From Isurus oxyrinchus (Eukaryota), in assembly GCA_026770705.1 (NCBI GenBank), contig JANJGN010000035.1, forward strand, positions 9,610,001 to 9,674,000: a DNA stretch of 64,000 nucleotides. The letters run 5' to 3'. The notes under the pieces were generated by a model, which was given only the letters and a program-made list of their open reading frames with translations, was not told where the DNA came from and made no database searches. The translations under genes and the position numbers were made by a program. Every line of letters begins with the position of its first letter. Within the stretch, counting starts at the first letter, position 1. Below, piece by piece: positions 13,437 to 26,539 of this stretch.

Positions 13437-13593
13437 CGTCGCCATGGACAGTACACTGCCCCTGATCTTTGTGTAAAGATCGACGAATATTTGTGTCTAG
13501 CTTTTCCATTTGATTTGTTGGTGGCTGGTTTACAATTATTACATACAATTTTTTATTTCCACATACTTGCATAAACATTCTATATTGTCTGCG
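13437..13593 (-). pseudogene. Death-fold (CARD second-half-like) exon of a minus-strand NLR remnant
   Basis: ttctcatag| acceptor and |gtgata donor, 157 bp, phase 0 to 1 like the + strand CARD-b exons; RRQYRMFMQ resembles VRQYSNTAR at 40119; QIFVDL resembles NMFAEI. Confidence 0.4.
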
Positions 13594-13669
13594 CTATGAG
13601 AAATCATACTAATTTCAAACGTAAATAATCCCAGTTATTTCAAGGTTTCCTGCTGGGAATTATCTCACA

Positions 13670-13785
13670 GTTGAACCTTCAGTGTCGAAAATATTTTTGC
13701 ACCTCCTGCATTGATTTTAGATGGCGTTCTGTTGTTATATGGAGGCCACAATTGTAAATCGTTTGCTCGCATCTTGATTGCTTTT
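13670..13785 (-). pseudogene. CARD first-half-like exon remnant
   Basis: KAIKMRANDLQLW...GAKIFSTLKVQ then gtgaga; compare shark NLR AISELLARLDDFQL...ENIFSGQEHQ; ~75-bp intron to the next exon. Confidence 0.3.
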
Positions 13786-13978
13786 CAATTATAAAAAAAA
13801 ATCAATACAAGCCTCCATAAAACAAATCAGTGCTTCGATTCACGTGGCCTTGTTAAACCTCATTGCTACCTTTTGCCGTCTGCATCGATGCCTGGTACAA
13901 ATTCAACTGTTCTTATGAATGTCATCCCAATTTTGTTCCGAATGTTTAAATGTAACCTAGTATCCCACTGTTCTTGCC

Positions 13979-14710
13979 GAAATCGAAATATTGAAATGAA
14001 ATCTATTTGCCAGGCCTTTTCCAATTCTGTACTGAGAAAGCCATAACTTCATGAACTGTTTGTTACAATTTGAAAGGGCTTTGCATTATTTGGAGGCTCG
14101 GATTTCTTATTCATTACTAAAGGCTCACGCGTTCAGCTTTCGACAGGGAGCAAGCACGCTTTTCCAAAGAAATAACCTGACCATCATCATAGTTGAAGCG
14201 AAAATCCGTTTCCATGTTTGCACCGCAATTGTTTTTCACGGAAAGGAATAAAAGCTGTTTCAAAGAAAAATGCTAATGATTTCCCAGACAAGACAGTGTT
14301 TTGAACTTGTTTATTGAACTCACTTTGAAATGAACTGAGAAAGAATAAGACTGCCCAGCCCACAGGCTCTACGCCATGCCTAAAACCGTGTGATTGCCTG
14401 TGTCCAGCGAGGAATTCTCATCCCAGAGGAAATCTTCCATCTTGGGGAAGCCGAAAGGCTGGGACAAGTGGTATTGAATCGGTTCTATTTCCGTGCACCG
14501 CGAAACGTTGCTGGCGATAATCTTTAGGCGTTTTCAGGGACTAGTGTCGTACGTGCACACGAGGGAGCACGAATCGGAGGTGTCGAAATCTTGCAAAATG
14601 TATCCTTTTAAAATTAATTCTACTCTTCGGCCTTCAGTCTCTTCAGAGAATCTATATGTTCACACTATGTGTGTGTCTGTGTGTGTGTGCGCGCGCGCAT
14701 GTGCGGGTCC
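13979..14710. promoter_or_regulatory. Candidate interferon/NF-kB-responsive (bidirectional) promoter region
   Basis: IRF-E GAAATCGAAA 13979-13988 and GAAATGAAA 13993-14001; GAS TTCACGGAA 14235-14243 and TTCAAAGAA 14259-14267; kB-like ggaaatcttcc ~14428; local CpG enrichment 14480-14710. Confidence 0.35.
14182..14254 (-). pseudogene. Candidate ATG-containing first coding exon (METDFRFNYDD)
   Basis: tttttctttgaaacag| acceptor, aaacATGg Kozak context, phase-1 |gtcagg donor. Confidence 0.3.
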
Positions 14711-15084
14711 GAACGTATGCTGGAGAATTTGAAAATAAATATTTGAATTTCCAGTTTGCAAATACTGTTTGTTGAAAAATTTTTGAAACCTCATAAAAGT
14801 GATATTTTACTTTATAATAAATATAACATTCTCAGTTTAATAAAAGAAGCCTGGTTGACACATATTTTATTCTGGGTCTAAGAGTGAGAATGGAAAATAA
14901 TAGGTAATTTCGGAGAGTGCATTAAATATTTATATTAATATTAACAACTGTGGAGTAATGAGGCCTGAATATGCCACATCCTCTCATCACGTTCACAACA
15001 TCTGTAATTTAGTTGTTTCTTTGTAACTTTTTGCAGCCTTCGTGAATATCCTGTGGGCGCCAGAGTAAATTTAGAACTTGCATT

Positions 15085-15400
15085 TTTAGTCGTTTGGTAG
15101 TAGAGGCTTGGGCATTGCTGAAAAGCGACATACTTAAGTATTTGTTTGTCACTCATCAGGACACTCGCAACATTATCAATATAAGGGGAAAACAACAATT
15201 TATATTGCATCTGAAAAGCGAGCTGATTGGTTGGCAAGTTGCATTTCCATGGATAATGCACCACTGATTGAAATGGACAGATAACTTCCATTCCAATTTT
15301 CAAAAGCGTTGCTTGAAATTTCAATTGAGCAGCTTGACCGTGATTGGTGAATACATTGCCCTGAGCAATGATTCAGCAAATGGCTGTCAATTATGAAGGA
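15085..15400 (-). mobile_element. Penelope-like element 3' end (pseudo-LTR) with hammerhead core remnant
   Basis: Reverse complement matches the 3' ends at 30700-31020 and 55370-55665; CTGATGA core at 15153-15159. Confidence 0.65.
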
Positions 15401-15924
15401 TTTAGTCGCTGAAATTATATCAGATTAATATACTCTCCTGTAATTAATTTCTTTAACCTCAAGCCTGTGTTTGTCACCTCGGTTAATGCATATGCCTGGT
15501 ATGAAACTTTTGTCTTCTGCTGTGAAAACAAATAAAAGATATTTGTTAATGCCCCTGAAATTTACTCATTCTCCATGATATTTTTTCCTGTCTCCGCTTT
15601 TAAGGGACCATCGTTAATTCTTTCTCTTTTATCATTTCAATAGCCCTTAAAAATCTGCTTCACGTTTCATATTTCATTAACAATTTGTCGCCTTTTTAAC
15701 AACTTTTGGAGGCCATCTGATGATTTTTCAAAGCTCACGTTCACTATCACTACTCTCAAAGGTATTCCAAGGTGACTTGCCCCACTCTTCCAGTTATTTT
15801 GCCCCTGAGTCTCTAAAACAAACGTCTCTCTCCACTGGATAGAGCTGCTTTCCCAATTATGGCTCATTATGATTTATGGTTTCCTAGATATTCAATTGTC
15901 TTTCGGACCAGATATTGCACGCTT

Positions 15925-18615
15925 CTTATTTTTATTTTTTAAGATTAATTCACAGGATTTTGGCTTCGCCAGGTGGGCCTGAATTTTCTCCCACCCCTCG
16001 TTGACCTTTAGAATGTGGTGGTGAGTCACCATCAGAACCACTGTAGCCCATGGGGTGTGCATATACCAAAAGTGCTGTTAGGAAGGAAGTTCCAGGATTT
16101 TTACACAGCCACCATGAAGGAATGGTGAGATTTTTCCAAGCCCTGTTGGAGGGGAACTCCCACGTGGCGGTGTTCCCAAGGACCAGCTTCTTTTTGGCTT
16201 CATGATTGTAGTGGTCGTGGGTTTGGAGCGTCCTATGAATGGACCATTCGGGAATTTCTGCAGTGCATATTTTAGGCGGTACACACAGCTGCTACTATGC
16301 ATCAGAGACAAAGGGAATGAATGTTTCTGGATGCATTGCTAATCAAACTTGATGATTTTTCCTGGTTTATGTCAAGCATCTTCAGTGTTAAGGCAGCTGT
16401 ACTGATCCAAACACCTAGCGAGTATTCCATCCCACGCCTGATGTGTGCCTTGTAGGGGGAGGACAGTCTTTGAGGAATCAAGAGGTGAGTTATTCGTCAC
16501 ACAATTCCTAGCCTTTGACCTGCGCTTGCAGCCTCAATGTCAATATAGCTAAATCGTTTCAGTTTATAGCCAATAGTGAGGAATTCAGTGATGGTAATGC
16601 CATCGAACATCATGCGGCAATGCTTGGGTTTTCGGTTGTTGGAGATGATCATTTCCTGACAATGGCATGGCGCGAATATTACTTGCCAGTTGTTACCCCA
16701 AGTCTGAATGTTATGCTGTTCTTGCTGCATTTGGTCATAGACAGCTTTAGTATCTGAAGAGTCGACAATGGTGCTGACCATTGTGCAATCATCAGTGAAC
16801 TTCCCCACTTCTGAGCTGATGATGGAAGGGAGGTGAATGATAAAGCTGCTGAGGTTGGCTGGGGCGAGGACATGACCCTGAGGTACTTCTTCAGTGATAT
16901 CCTGGAGCCGAGGGGACTGACCTCCAGCAACAACAATCATACTATTTTGTGCTAGGAATGACTCCAACCAGCGAACAATTTTTCCTCTGAGTCCCCTTGA
17001 CTCCAGCTTTCCAAGGGCTATTTGATGCCACGTTCAGTCAAATGCTGCCTGATGTGCAGGGCAGTAACTTTCAGATCAACTTAGATTCCAATTCTTTTTT
17101 CCATGTTTGAACCAAGGCAGTGTTGAGGTCAGTATCTGAATAACCCTGAAAGAACCCATAGTGGGCGTCTGTGAGCAGCCTATTGATTCACAGATGCCGT
17201 TGACCATTTCCATTACACTGATGATCAAGGTTAGACTGTTGGGCCGGTGATTGGATGGGTTGACTTTTCCTTTCTTTTGTTTACAGGATATAAAGAGGAA
17301 ACTTTTCACATAGCCCTACATTCCAGAACTCTCGCAGTACTAGAACAGCTTGACCACGTGTGTGGGCAATTCTGCAGTTCAAGTATTCAGTAATATTGCC
17401 GGAATATTCTCATGGCCTATGTACTTTTCAGTACCAACGCCCTCAGCCGTTTTTTAAGAGCATGTGGAGTAAATCGAATCAGCTGAGGCGTGGCAGCTGT
17501 GATCTTGGGTACCTCCAGAGAAGGCTGAGATGGAATATCCAAGTGGCACATCTGGCTGGAGGATTTTGCAAATTATTCAATCTTATCTTAGCAATGATGT
17601 GCTGTGCTACATCATCAAACACTCATGTGTTTTACCTCACCAGATTGACACCTCAGTTTCAGATATACTTGTTGCTGCACTGGGCAAGCCCTCATGTATT
17701 CTTCACTGAACCAGTGTTGACCTATTGGCTTGAATATTAATGGTAGAGTGGTGGATGTTGTGGGCCGTGAGGTTAACAATTGTGCTCGAGTGCATTCTGC
17801 TGCTGCTTATGTCCCTCAGCACCTCTTGAATAACCATTCTTAAGTTGCACTCCCATTTAAAGTCTATCACATTTAGCACTGTAGAAGTGCCACACAACGC
17901 AATGCAGGAGATTCCTGAAATTAAGGCGGGACTTAGTCAGCTAAACGGCTGTGTGGTGTCTCCCCTACCGGTTTCTTCATGAGCAGATGCACCTATGGCA
18001 GACATGTTATTGTGGATGAGGCCGAATTTGATTTTTCCCGCTTTGTTGTTTCCCCATAACCTGTCGCAGAAGAATTCCAAAAGTCATGTAACTTAGAACT
18101 CACCCAGATCAGTCAGTAGTGGTGTTTCCGAGCGACTGTTCTTGGTGGACATTAAAATCCCCCACCTAGAGTGAATTGTGCGTGCTTGCCTCTGTCTTTC
18201 ATCGAACTCGTGTTCAACATTGAGGAGCACTGATTCATCAGCTGAGGGCGAGCGGAAAATGGTAATCAGCAGATGGTTTCATTATCCATGTTTGACCTGA
18301 TTCCATGAGTCTTCATGGAGTTCGGGCCCGATGTTAAGTGCTGCCAGAGCAACTCCCCGCCGGCTGCATACCACTGAGCCGCAACCTCTGCTGGGTGTGG
18401 CCTGCAGCGGGGCCAGACATACATCGGAATGATGATTGTGGTGTCTGCGACAGTATATTTCAGGTATAATTCTGTGAAGATTCCTATTGCAGGCTGTTGC
18501 TTGAAAAATCGCTGAGACCACGCTGTATGTTTCTCTCTCAGGCATTTGTATGGAGGACTTTGACGGGTCGACAGTGCTGCAATTGCCCTTGTCATTCCCA
18601 GTTGATGTAGGTCTG
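15925..18615 (-). mobile_element. LINE family A, endonuclease to 3' tail
   Basis: ORF 16497-16967 EEVPQGHVLAP..VGKFTDDCTM; GDFNVH endonuclease motif ~18145-18165; same tail as 1-2107. Confidence 0.9.
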
Positions 18616-18619
18616 AAGT

Positions 18620-18810
18620 CATTTGTAGGCCAGACCATGTAATGACGGCAGGTTTTGTCCCTAAAAAGGCATTATTGAATCAGATGTTTTTTTTTTACTA
18701 CAAAACGATATTATTAACTTAAATTACTAAGGCACCATCGGGATTCGAACCCTGTCACCAACATACGTACTTTGTACTTCTGGCTATGTATTCATTGACA
18801 ATACCAACAC
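18620..18810 (-). mobile_element. tRNA-derived SINE, partial
   Basis: Reverse complement has ggtattgtca..gggttcgaatcccga (B-box) and matches the SINE copies at 52665-53330. Confidence 0.6.
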
Positions 18811-18849
18811 ACCAGAAGTCTAAAAGTCCTTGCATGCGCTTTACATTTT

Positions 18850-19560
18850 TAGCTGCATATTATTAAATATTTGCAACATATCAGTCTTCTGACTGTACAC
18901 GTTTTGTCTGATTATCGTGTGCCAGCTTACTTACGATCATAAAATATGAGGATAGACTCCATCAGGATTAAAGGTTTTATGAACTCTGGCTTTAATTATT
19001 TTTATAATACTCTTAGCATTTAAATTATAAGCGGTTCTATCATTTTAATCCATTATATGCATACACGTTTCTCCTGATCCGCCCCTTTGCAAAATAGTGA
19101 AGTATAACATTGGTCAAATATATAAACAAATTTACCTTTTCAATTCGCCCCCCGTAATCATAGCCTATCCATCAAATTGTAACGCAAATTCCTTCCAAAT
19201 TTTCCTTTTTTCTTGTGTCTGTTGCAGAATTTAAAATTCTATTTGTGTTCCTTGATAAGTATTTTCACACGCACTCATTCCCTTATAACTTGCATTTTTT
19301 TACTTATATTCTCAACATTTTATGATTTCCACTGTGATGCAGTCCCCTGTGCTGACGAAACGTATAACATATATACCCTAACTCTCAATGTCTCCCTGGT
19401 TTATATTGCCACATTCATGTTTAATATTAACAGTTTTGATGTAATATGTTGTTCTCTAAAGTTTTTACACATGCTTTCAATGTTTGTATTTCCAATTCTA
19501 AATAATATCCCAAATTTCTCTCGTTCTCCTGTCTAAATTTCTATAACCAGCCTCTTAAAC
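18850..19560 (-). mobile_element. Highly decayed CR1 endonuclease-region fragment
   Basis: Patchy similarity to CR1 APE coding sequence (compare 9900-10700). Confidence 0.4.
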
Positions 19561-20679
19561 CCGTTTTAATTGAATCTAGTTAAATGGGTTTTCATGTGCA
19601 TTTTATTTCCAAATTGTATCCTTAGCTCTACTGTATTATGCTCACCATTGCCAATTTTAAAGTTTGGTTTGTGTGTGTGTGTTTGGGTTGGGGAGTAGGG
19701 GTGGGTTGGGGAGGTGAGGGGTGGGTCTGTGAGTGGCGCCAGAGGGCGGTGTTAGTTGAGTGGACAGCCGCTGTTCTCGATTCCCCTGGTTTCGGATGGA
19801 TTCGGGACCTGCCTCCTTGCCGTACCCATCGTGGACTTAGTTGTTCTGTGGGTATCACCTGCCTTCAGCTTAACACGAAGAATCAATAGCTGGATTGAAT
19901 AATTTTAATTGCCTTTTGCACAAAGGAACACGATTATATAATACTCAGTCCTACGAAACTATAGCTTTACTGTAGAACATTTGTTTTCATTTATAAAATC
20001 TTCACAGAGTTCTAATGGGCCTGAATCGTTAAGACTATTTTTTCCCTCCACATTTGATGAGTAACCTGCTGAACATTTACACAATTTTTGTTTGTTTGTT
20101 TCACTTTCCCATGATTCACAGAATGCTGTTGTAATGTGATACGTTGTTCTTTGAAAGCCTCATAAATGTTGGAGACTACAATGATGTCATTGAGTTAAGA
20201 CACGTCAGCTCCACAAGATTCCCTTCATTTTTGACGAAGACACCCCGGGCAAAGTCCTTTTATACCCCACACCATTCCACAGGCAGCAGGCAATAATTTG
20301 TACTGTGCAGTAATCCTCGTTATCTGTCAGAACCTGTATCCTTGAAACCCTCAGAGATCTCGAAGTTCCTCACATTCTGTCGCCTTTCCGATTTCCAAAT
20401 TTCCGTGCCCCAACAATGGCAATGTATTTTGTAGCTCTGATGAATTACCACAGTCCTGAAAATTTAATGCACTTCCCGCCTCCTCAGATACTAACCAATC
20501 TGCTGGGTACTGTCATTATCTTTATGATAGATAGAAAGCCATTCTCTGTGATGCCTATGCACTCAACCTTAGGATTTAATGACCAAACATCTCCAAATCT
20601 CCATTGCTATGCATGCATTATTTGCCATTAGACCAAAAGTGTGGTTACCTGTCAAATTTACTTTGTTGCATCTTGAGTG

Positions 20680-20830
20680 ATAAATTGTGCTAGATAATTT
20701 CTCTTATGAAGCATTATTAAAATGTACAAGATCTAGTCACAGATGGAGGCATTAGACCAGGCGATCAAAAGATTCATCAACAAAGTAGGCATTTAATGTT
20801 AAACATTTTAATGTTTTTAAAGCGATGTAT
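20680..20830 (+). pseudogene. CARD1 first-half exon remnant
   Basis: IVLDNFSYEALLKCT / ALDQAIKRFINKVG / LML..NVFKAMYK versus LARLDDFQLYQLT..RLEQAIEEGVEGVSLML. Confidence 0.4.
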
Positions 20831-20991
20831 AAGCGCAGTGTTCTTTTTTGCATTCGACTTATATTTGATTTCTCGTCATTGATGCCATTATTTTCTGCAG
20901 TAGCATCCGACACAAGAAAGCGATAACTAGATCAATGGTGATTTTCAGTTTGTGCATTGCTTGATTTAATACCGTTGCAGTATGTGTTAAG

Positions 20992-21151
20992 GCAATCGAA
21001 CCTTAGCTGAATGTCTGTCCAGATGTGACGTTCCACAACTGATTATCGATACCCTTGTGGTCAAGGGAGCTCATGGTGAAAGAACGTTGTGGGCGCTATG
21101 TCATAAGCTACAGGAAAGCAAGCATAAAGAGACATGGCCAGAGATGAATAG
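20992..21151 (+). pseudogene. CARD1 second-half exon
   Basis: RTLAECLSRCDVPQLIIDTLVVKGAHGERTLWALCHKLQESK, then |gtcagg; aligns gap-free with the exons at 32524 and 44963. Confidence 0.7.
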
Positions 21152-21259
21152 GTCAGGCGCATGAACAGAAAGATATGTGAAAGGTAGGCGCTGTCCAAAA
21201 CAAACTTGACATAGGCAATTTTCCACATTAAAACAAGAACGTTCTTCAGAGGGAGGACA

Positions 21260-21357
21260 TTAGTATTATTAATATCATTAGTAGTGATAGCAGTAGTAGT
21301 ATTACTATTGTTATTACTGTTGTTATTATTATTGTCATCATCATTATCATTATTCTA
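21260..21357. repeat. Imperfect (AGT/ATT/ATC)n microsatellite
   Basis: tagtagtagtattactattgttattactgttgttattattattgtcatcatc. Confidence 0.85.
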
Positions 21358-21439
21358 ATTGGTGTGTGAGATTAGGAGATTCAAGCACTTTTTTTTTCCC
21401 AATCCCAAAATTACCTTGAAGTTGTTGCCCACCGGGTGT

Positions 21440-21700
21440 CTTGCATCATGGCTGGCGATTTGTATCCTGCAGTTACCTGGGCCTAATAACTCGGTTTTTC
21501 TCCCTCTTCTCCGCCTCTCCATCTCGCATTCCCCCTTTTAAGATGCCTCATAAAGCCTACTTTGTTGACAGATCTTTTGATCGCCTGGTCTAATGCCTCC
21601 ATCTGTGACTAGATCTTGTACATTTTAATAATGCTACTGTCAAGCAATTTTGAAATATTCATTACATTAAATGCGCTTTAGATAAATCACTTGTTATTAA
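21440..21700 (+). mobile_element. L2 LINE 3' end
   Basis: ctccgcctctcc..tttaagatgcctcataaagcctactttgttgac..ttacattaaatgcgctttagataaatcacttgtt, typical L2 tail. Confidence 0.65.
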
Positions 21701-22374
21701 TGATGATGCAGTTAATACCCATATTTCATTTATAGAGGGTGTTTCGAAGTAAATTCTAATTCAGCGGGATGCAATATATCTTCAACATCATTTGCGGGCA
21801 AATCAATTCTAATGACATTATTAGAACTAAATAACATGCAGTGGCATACCAGGCAATCGACAGTATTGACACTGCTACAGTGTTGTTGAGCAGTTGCAAT
21901 TTCATTGCATATGGCTATTGTATAGCCGAAGCATTAATTATATACCAATAAATGGTAATAATAGTTCAAATTCAGTAATGACAGGTTAAGGATGTTTCGT
22001 AACAGGCTGTTTACATTGAATAATTTACCTGCCACGCCTTAACAAAGTTTTAGAACTAGATCGCATTTGAAGCGGAGAAAGTTATTCTGCGAATCTCCCC
22101 CTGGTTAAACCATCAGTACATTGACCACCAGGCGTTTTCAATAATCATATTGCAATCTTGTATTGGCCCTTGTTCCTTCTTCCCTTGCCGGTGATGTGTG
22201 TCCTTATGCCGCATGAAACAGTTATTGTGCTGACTTGCATAATTTACACTTCCATGTTAAACGTTCCATGGCAATGCAAAGCGCTGTTTTTGATGCCAGA
22301 TGTATTTTAATTAAAAATTTTAATCCTTAGGCGTTTGCACTTGAGCTTTCTGGTGGAAAATGCAAATAGCGCTT

Positions 22375-22660
22375 CCGAATCACAGAATCACAGTACAGAA
22401 AAGGCCCTTTGGTCCAGAGAGTCTGCAGAGACATGTGCGCAACACCTGCCCTACCTTCCTAATCCAATTTTCCAGCACTTGGCCCATATCATTGAATGTT
22501 ATGACGTGCCAAGTGCTAATCCAGGTGCTTCTCTAAAGGATGTGAGGCAACCAGCTTTCACCACTCTCCCTGGCAAAGCATTCAAGACCCGCACCACACT
22601 CTGCATAAAAGCATTTTTCCTCATATAGCCCCTAAACTTCTTGTCCCTCACCTTGAAATT
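22375..22660 (-). mobile_element. CR1 3' end
   Basis: gaatcacagaatcacag octamer tail followed by aggccctttggtcc; CR1 3' UTR. Confidence 0.75.
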
Positions 22661-22799
22661 TGTAAGAAAACAATTTATTTACATTACTTATGTTATCTTC
22701 GGAAAAACTATCAGAAGCCATCAATATGCCTAACTCTCCAATATCAACTAGTAATTGCAGTAATTACAAGTAAGTTGGATTACTTTATTGACACTTTTG

Positions 22800-23240
22800 T
22801 GTTTGCTGTACTCGACTTTGAACTACCCATTTTAAAATTCAGGTTGTCACCATCTTTACTTGAATCTGAAATACACTCGCTTCTTACCCAAACCAATCAT
22901 TAGCGATGTCATGCTATTCATCTTAAAGATATACAAGCATTGCCAGTTCATTTCTACATTCTGCGCCCTATCTGGATTGCTGCACTCCCGAACGTTCATC
23001 CACTTCCTGTTCCCTGCAAAGCAGAAGTTCTTTTGCTCCAGGCTCAAAAAAAAACAGTCTCCGGCCCTGTAGTGTTTCTATTGCCACACATGTCTCTTTT
23101 CCTTTCTTATTTAAATTACACTCAGTATTTTCCAAAGCTTGTGCACTTCCTAACAACTCGACGAAAAAGAGGCTGCATAATTTGTTCTTCCCTACATGGA
23201 GAGGTGCCACTAGTCATTTCATCGCATTAAATTAATTCAA
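22800..23240 (+). mobile_element. Decayed L2 RT C-terminal fragment
   Basis: Similarity to the L2 ORF2 end (..LIH.F.....LDY..; L..LHW.P). Confidence 0.45.
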
Positions 23241-23759
23241 ACATCAATGCTCAGGCTCCACCCAATCATATGAATTGTACTTTAATGTGTCCTCTGTTTA
23301 ACCTTTGCAGAACATCCAAATACTAAAATCTTACAAACGCTGGCGGGGTGCAGGGATGTTCAGCTCCATAGAATTACTTCTGTGTTCCATCATGAATTAG
23401 AACAGTCAATTGAAGAAATCGTCGAAGCATTTAGTCAGTCGATCGCACATGCAAAGGTGTTGACTGAATAAGATCATAAGTTCGGCTACATTTTGCTGGA
23501 CCTGCTTTAGGTATTAAGTGATCCATACGGATGGCTGCAAAGACTGAATATATTGGGTGCACTTTAGAGACAGAAATTCTAACAGAGCCTGTATAGATGT
23601 CGTGACCTGAAATTGCTGCCCTGTGTCATAAGAGCCATTATTTGAATTATATTTATGAGATCTTGTGAAAAATATTTCTCTTTCCTGGAATTGTCAATAA
23701 ATGAATTAAACGTATGTGAACAGCGTGCTTCATTTTATAACATATACTCTATTTGGCAG

Positions 23760-25230
23760 GTTCCGAAGCTCTACTAAATGGCATGTATGACTGCCAGTAT
23801 TGACCTTCATTTTTGATTGCCGGGAATACTCAAAGATGTCGTGGAATGAAATGTTATGGAAGACAAAATTGCAAATTCTGCTTCATACACGAACAGCACA
23901 GCAGCATTTAGGTGCCTGCAAATAATTTAAAACAGAGTAAAAGATGCCAACTTCTAATATCAAGCGAAGACATTCACAGCAGGAAACAAAGTATACTGTC
24001 GAAATCAATGCACGATCAACTCCTCGAATTCCCAGCCTTTCTTGTACAAACAATTAAACGTTTCTGTTAAGAAGCAAATTGATAGACATTTACCAGTTGA
24101 AACGATTTATAAAATATGTCCTCTGATATATGTAACTCTAAACTCATGACGACGTTGATTCTCTGTCAGACTGTTTCGTGCCACTGGCCTATACAAAATT
24201 CACTGAAATTGGATTGATCATTTTCAATTTGCGCAATTCGACTTTCCTTTAGTGCCTTGTGATCTTTCCAAATTATCAATCTTATTATTGGCGACAATGA
24301 GTTATTTTTGTAGAAAATTCTTCCTGCAATCACATACTTCTCCAATTTTTAAAAGAGCTCATAAGAGACTCCTCTAGACTATCGAATGATCTGTTATGGT
24401 GAGCATTTTACTTGAAAATATTCTGTGTATCCCAAACAAATAAACATTTTCCAAGACTGCATAGATTTTGTGATGTGATATCCTTGTTCTGTGTAATAAA
24501 AAAATATCTTTTGAATGTCTTTTCTGAGCTCTCTTGGTAAAATAAAATGATCTGGAATTGTTGATAAATGAATAAAAGGGAAAAGAACAGAGTAACCTAT
24601 TCTTGAGCACAAATATGATAGATTTCAGTTTGTACTACTGTCAGCTGTTCTAAGAATACCAATTATAGGTTTTGGTTTGGAATTGATAAGTAAATATTGT
24701 ACACTAAAGGGAATCCTTCGCATTTTTATAATGAACCAACCCATGCTAGAATTCAGAAAATAATTTTTGAAATACAGTTTCACCAAGACAATGTTCCAAG
24801 GGATAATTGCGACACACAAGTGTGAACTGAGTAAAACTTGCAAGGGAGAGGCGTTCAGCGGCATTACAATCGCCTGAATCGAGCTACATTAACCTCTTGA
24901 GGGAAGCATTACAATCACATGCAATTAATCACTGTCTACCTCTTGCAGTTCAATCAATTTCATCGCCCTTATTTCGGAAACGGTTTGGGTGACTCCAGAT
25001 CCTGCATGATATAGAATTTTTATGGCATGCATCAGTACAAGTGTTCACCAATACTTCAAGATTGTGAGGGAGGACCCAAGTTATCTTGGATGAAGAATTG
25101 TACAAGGTGACATTGACGAAGCGTGAATCATGTGCCAACTATATATCACAAGTGGGATTCCACAACGTTGTTCAAACAAGCAACACTGACAAATATCTCT
25201 ACGTGGAAAAGAAACTGCCCAAAAGAAAGT
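23760..25230 (+). pseudogene. Large exon: post-CARD linker plus FIIND-like (ZU5-UPA) domain copy 1
   Basis: ggcag|GTTCCGAA start identical to the linker at 45228; FSVRLFRATGLYK/FTEIGLIIFNLR..; LF*ALLVK*NDLELL; DF|S at 24621-24629; IPIIGFGLELISKY..LRIFIMN; SETVWVT. Confidence 0.55.
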
Positions 25231-25669
25231 AAACTGTCGAAATAAATAAATGTTCAAAGACCAGAACTGCATCCAGTCTCAGTCAGAAAGCTATGTTTTT
25301 ACAATAAACCACAGACTGATATAAACACTGCCAGCTGTACAAATTAATAAAGACGTCCTCCAAACTCACAGCTTTAATCTTAGTGAAAATGTCTTCCACA
25401 GTATATAATTTTCATTTAGTTTAATTACTGAATAATTTTCATTCAGTTTAACCACCCCCACCCCCATTTTGTTGGCAGTTTATTCTATGAGATCTCATTT
25501 CTGATAAATGGCAATTGTCTTAATTGAGAAACGTCGCTCCTCGCTAACACAGTGAATTCATCCAGCCTTCGTTCAGTCAAAGGTCTTTGTGCCTCTCACA
25601 TTCTAGCCTAATGTGACATTCTTGCCACCAGCATTAGTCGCCTTTTGTTCAGACCCCAAATCAGGGCAA

Positions 25670-25830
25670 TAAGGCAGAAAATGTTGCATATATTCAGAAG
25701 GTATTTCGGAATTTGGGGAAGGGAACTTGGTTCTGGTTTGAGGTTGATGGCCTTCCATCAGAACAAAAGGCTTTAGAAAATAAACATTATCAGAGGTATA
25801 CGATAGAGTGAGAGCAGGGGGATGACAAAT
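25670..25830 (-). repeat. Penelope-derived short tail repeat
   Basis: cagaaaatgttgcatatattcagaagg..ggttgatggccttccatcagaac, reverse complement of a pLTR end like that at 57860-57960. Confidence 0.55.
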
Positions 25831-26539
25831 CATTCCAACAGTGGTCGATCTTCCAGTCGAAAAAAGGTGAGGATAAATAGCCAAATTTATCACGATTAAA
25901 TTAAAAACACGATGGTAATGAGAAAAGAATAGAATAATCAATCTTTTGGAGCTGAGAATATAGCAATTTGCAGAAAACTTCTATAGAGGTTGTTAATATG
26001 GTCTGTATCAGAGTTTTTACAGCAGGAGAAAGATACATCGGAGATTTCGAATTTGTTTAGTAAGAGTTAATCAATAACTTTGCAGTAAATTGCCGTTTCG
26101 TCAGAGTCGTTGATTTTTCACAGATGTTCAGTTGAGAATTGCTGTAAAAACTGCCATCCTGTTGAAAACTGTAGTCTTGCACACGTCGGGAAAAACAACA
26201 GAGTGACAAATGTCAAAGGTCAAAATTGCTTCTGGTTCCTTTGAAAAGGGGTGTGGTGGTTGGTTAGAAAGTGAACTCTGTTTTTTTGAACCATTGCCAT
26301 TGAGAAAGTGCAAGGTAAGTATTTCCACCACCACCCCCAACCACCCAACCCCCTCTCGCACCCCACCCCAACCCTAACACTTATATTTGATTCGAAAAAA
26401 ATGGTGCAATGCCTGCATATTTTCATTCTGCCTACAGATGACATTCCCTTGCTTATAAATATACGTCACACAAGCAACAGTAAGGGAATTACATAGCAGG
26501 TCTGTCAGTGTAATTCTTGTCACTCTCTGGATTTTTCAG

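Noticed and set aside
13380-13593. Reading this exon as a PYD domain (PPTNQMEKLD..)
   Set aside because: Exon phases, the short upstream intron and similarity to 40119 fit a CARD second half better; not fully excluded without an HMM
19740-19870. tRNA-like GC-rich segment
   Set aside because: No cloverleaf could be built; at most a decayed SINE head
22006-22131. Possible UPA exon (GESYSANL resembles CARD8 GSSYIV)
   Set aside because: The match is too short, and it lies upstream of the ZU5 part; treated only as a possible linker exon
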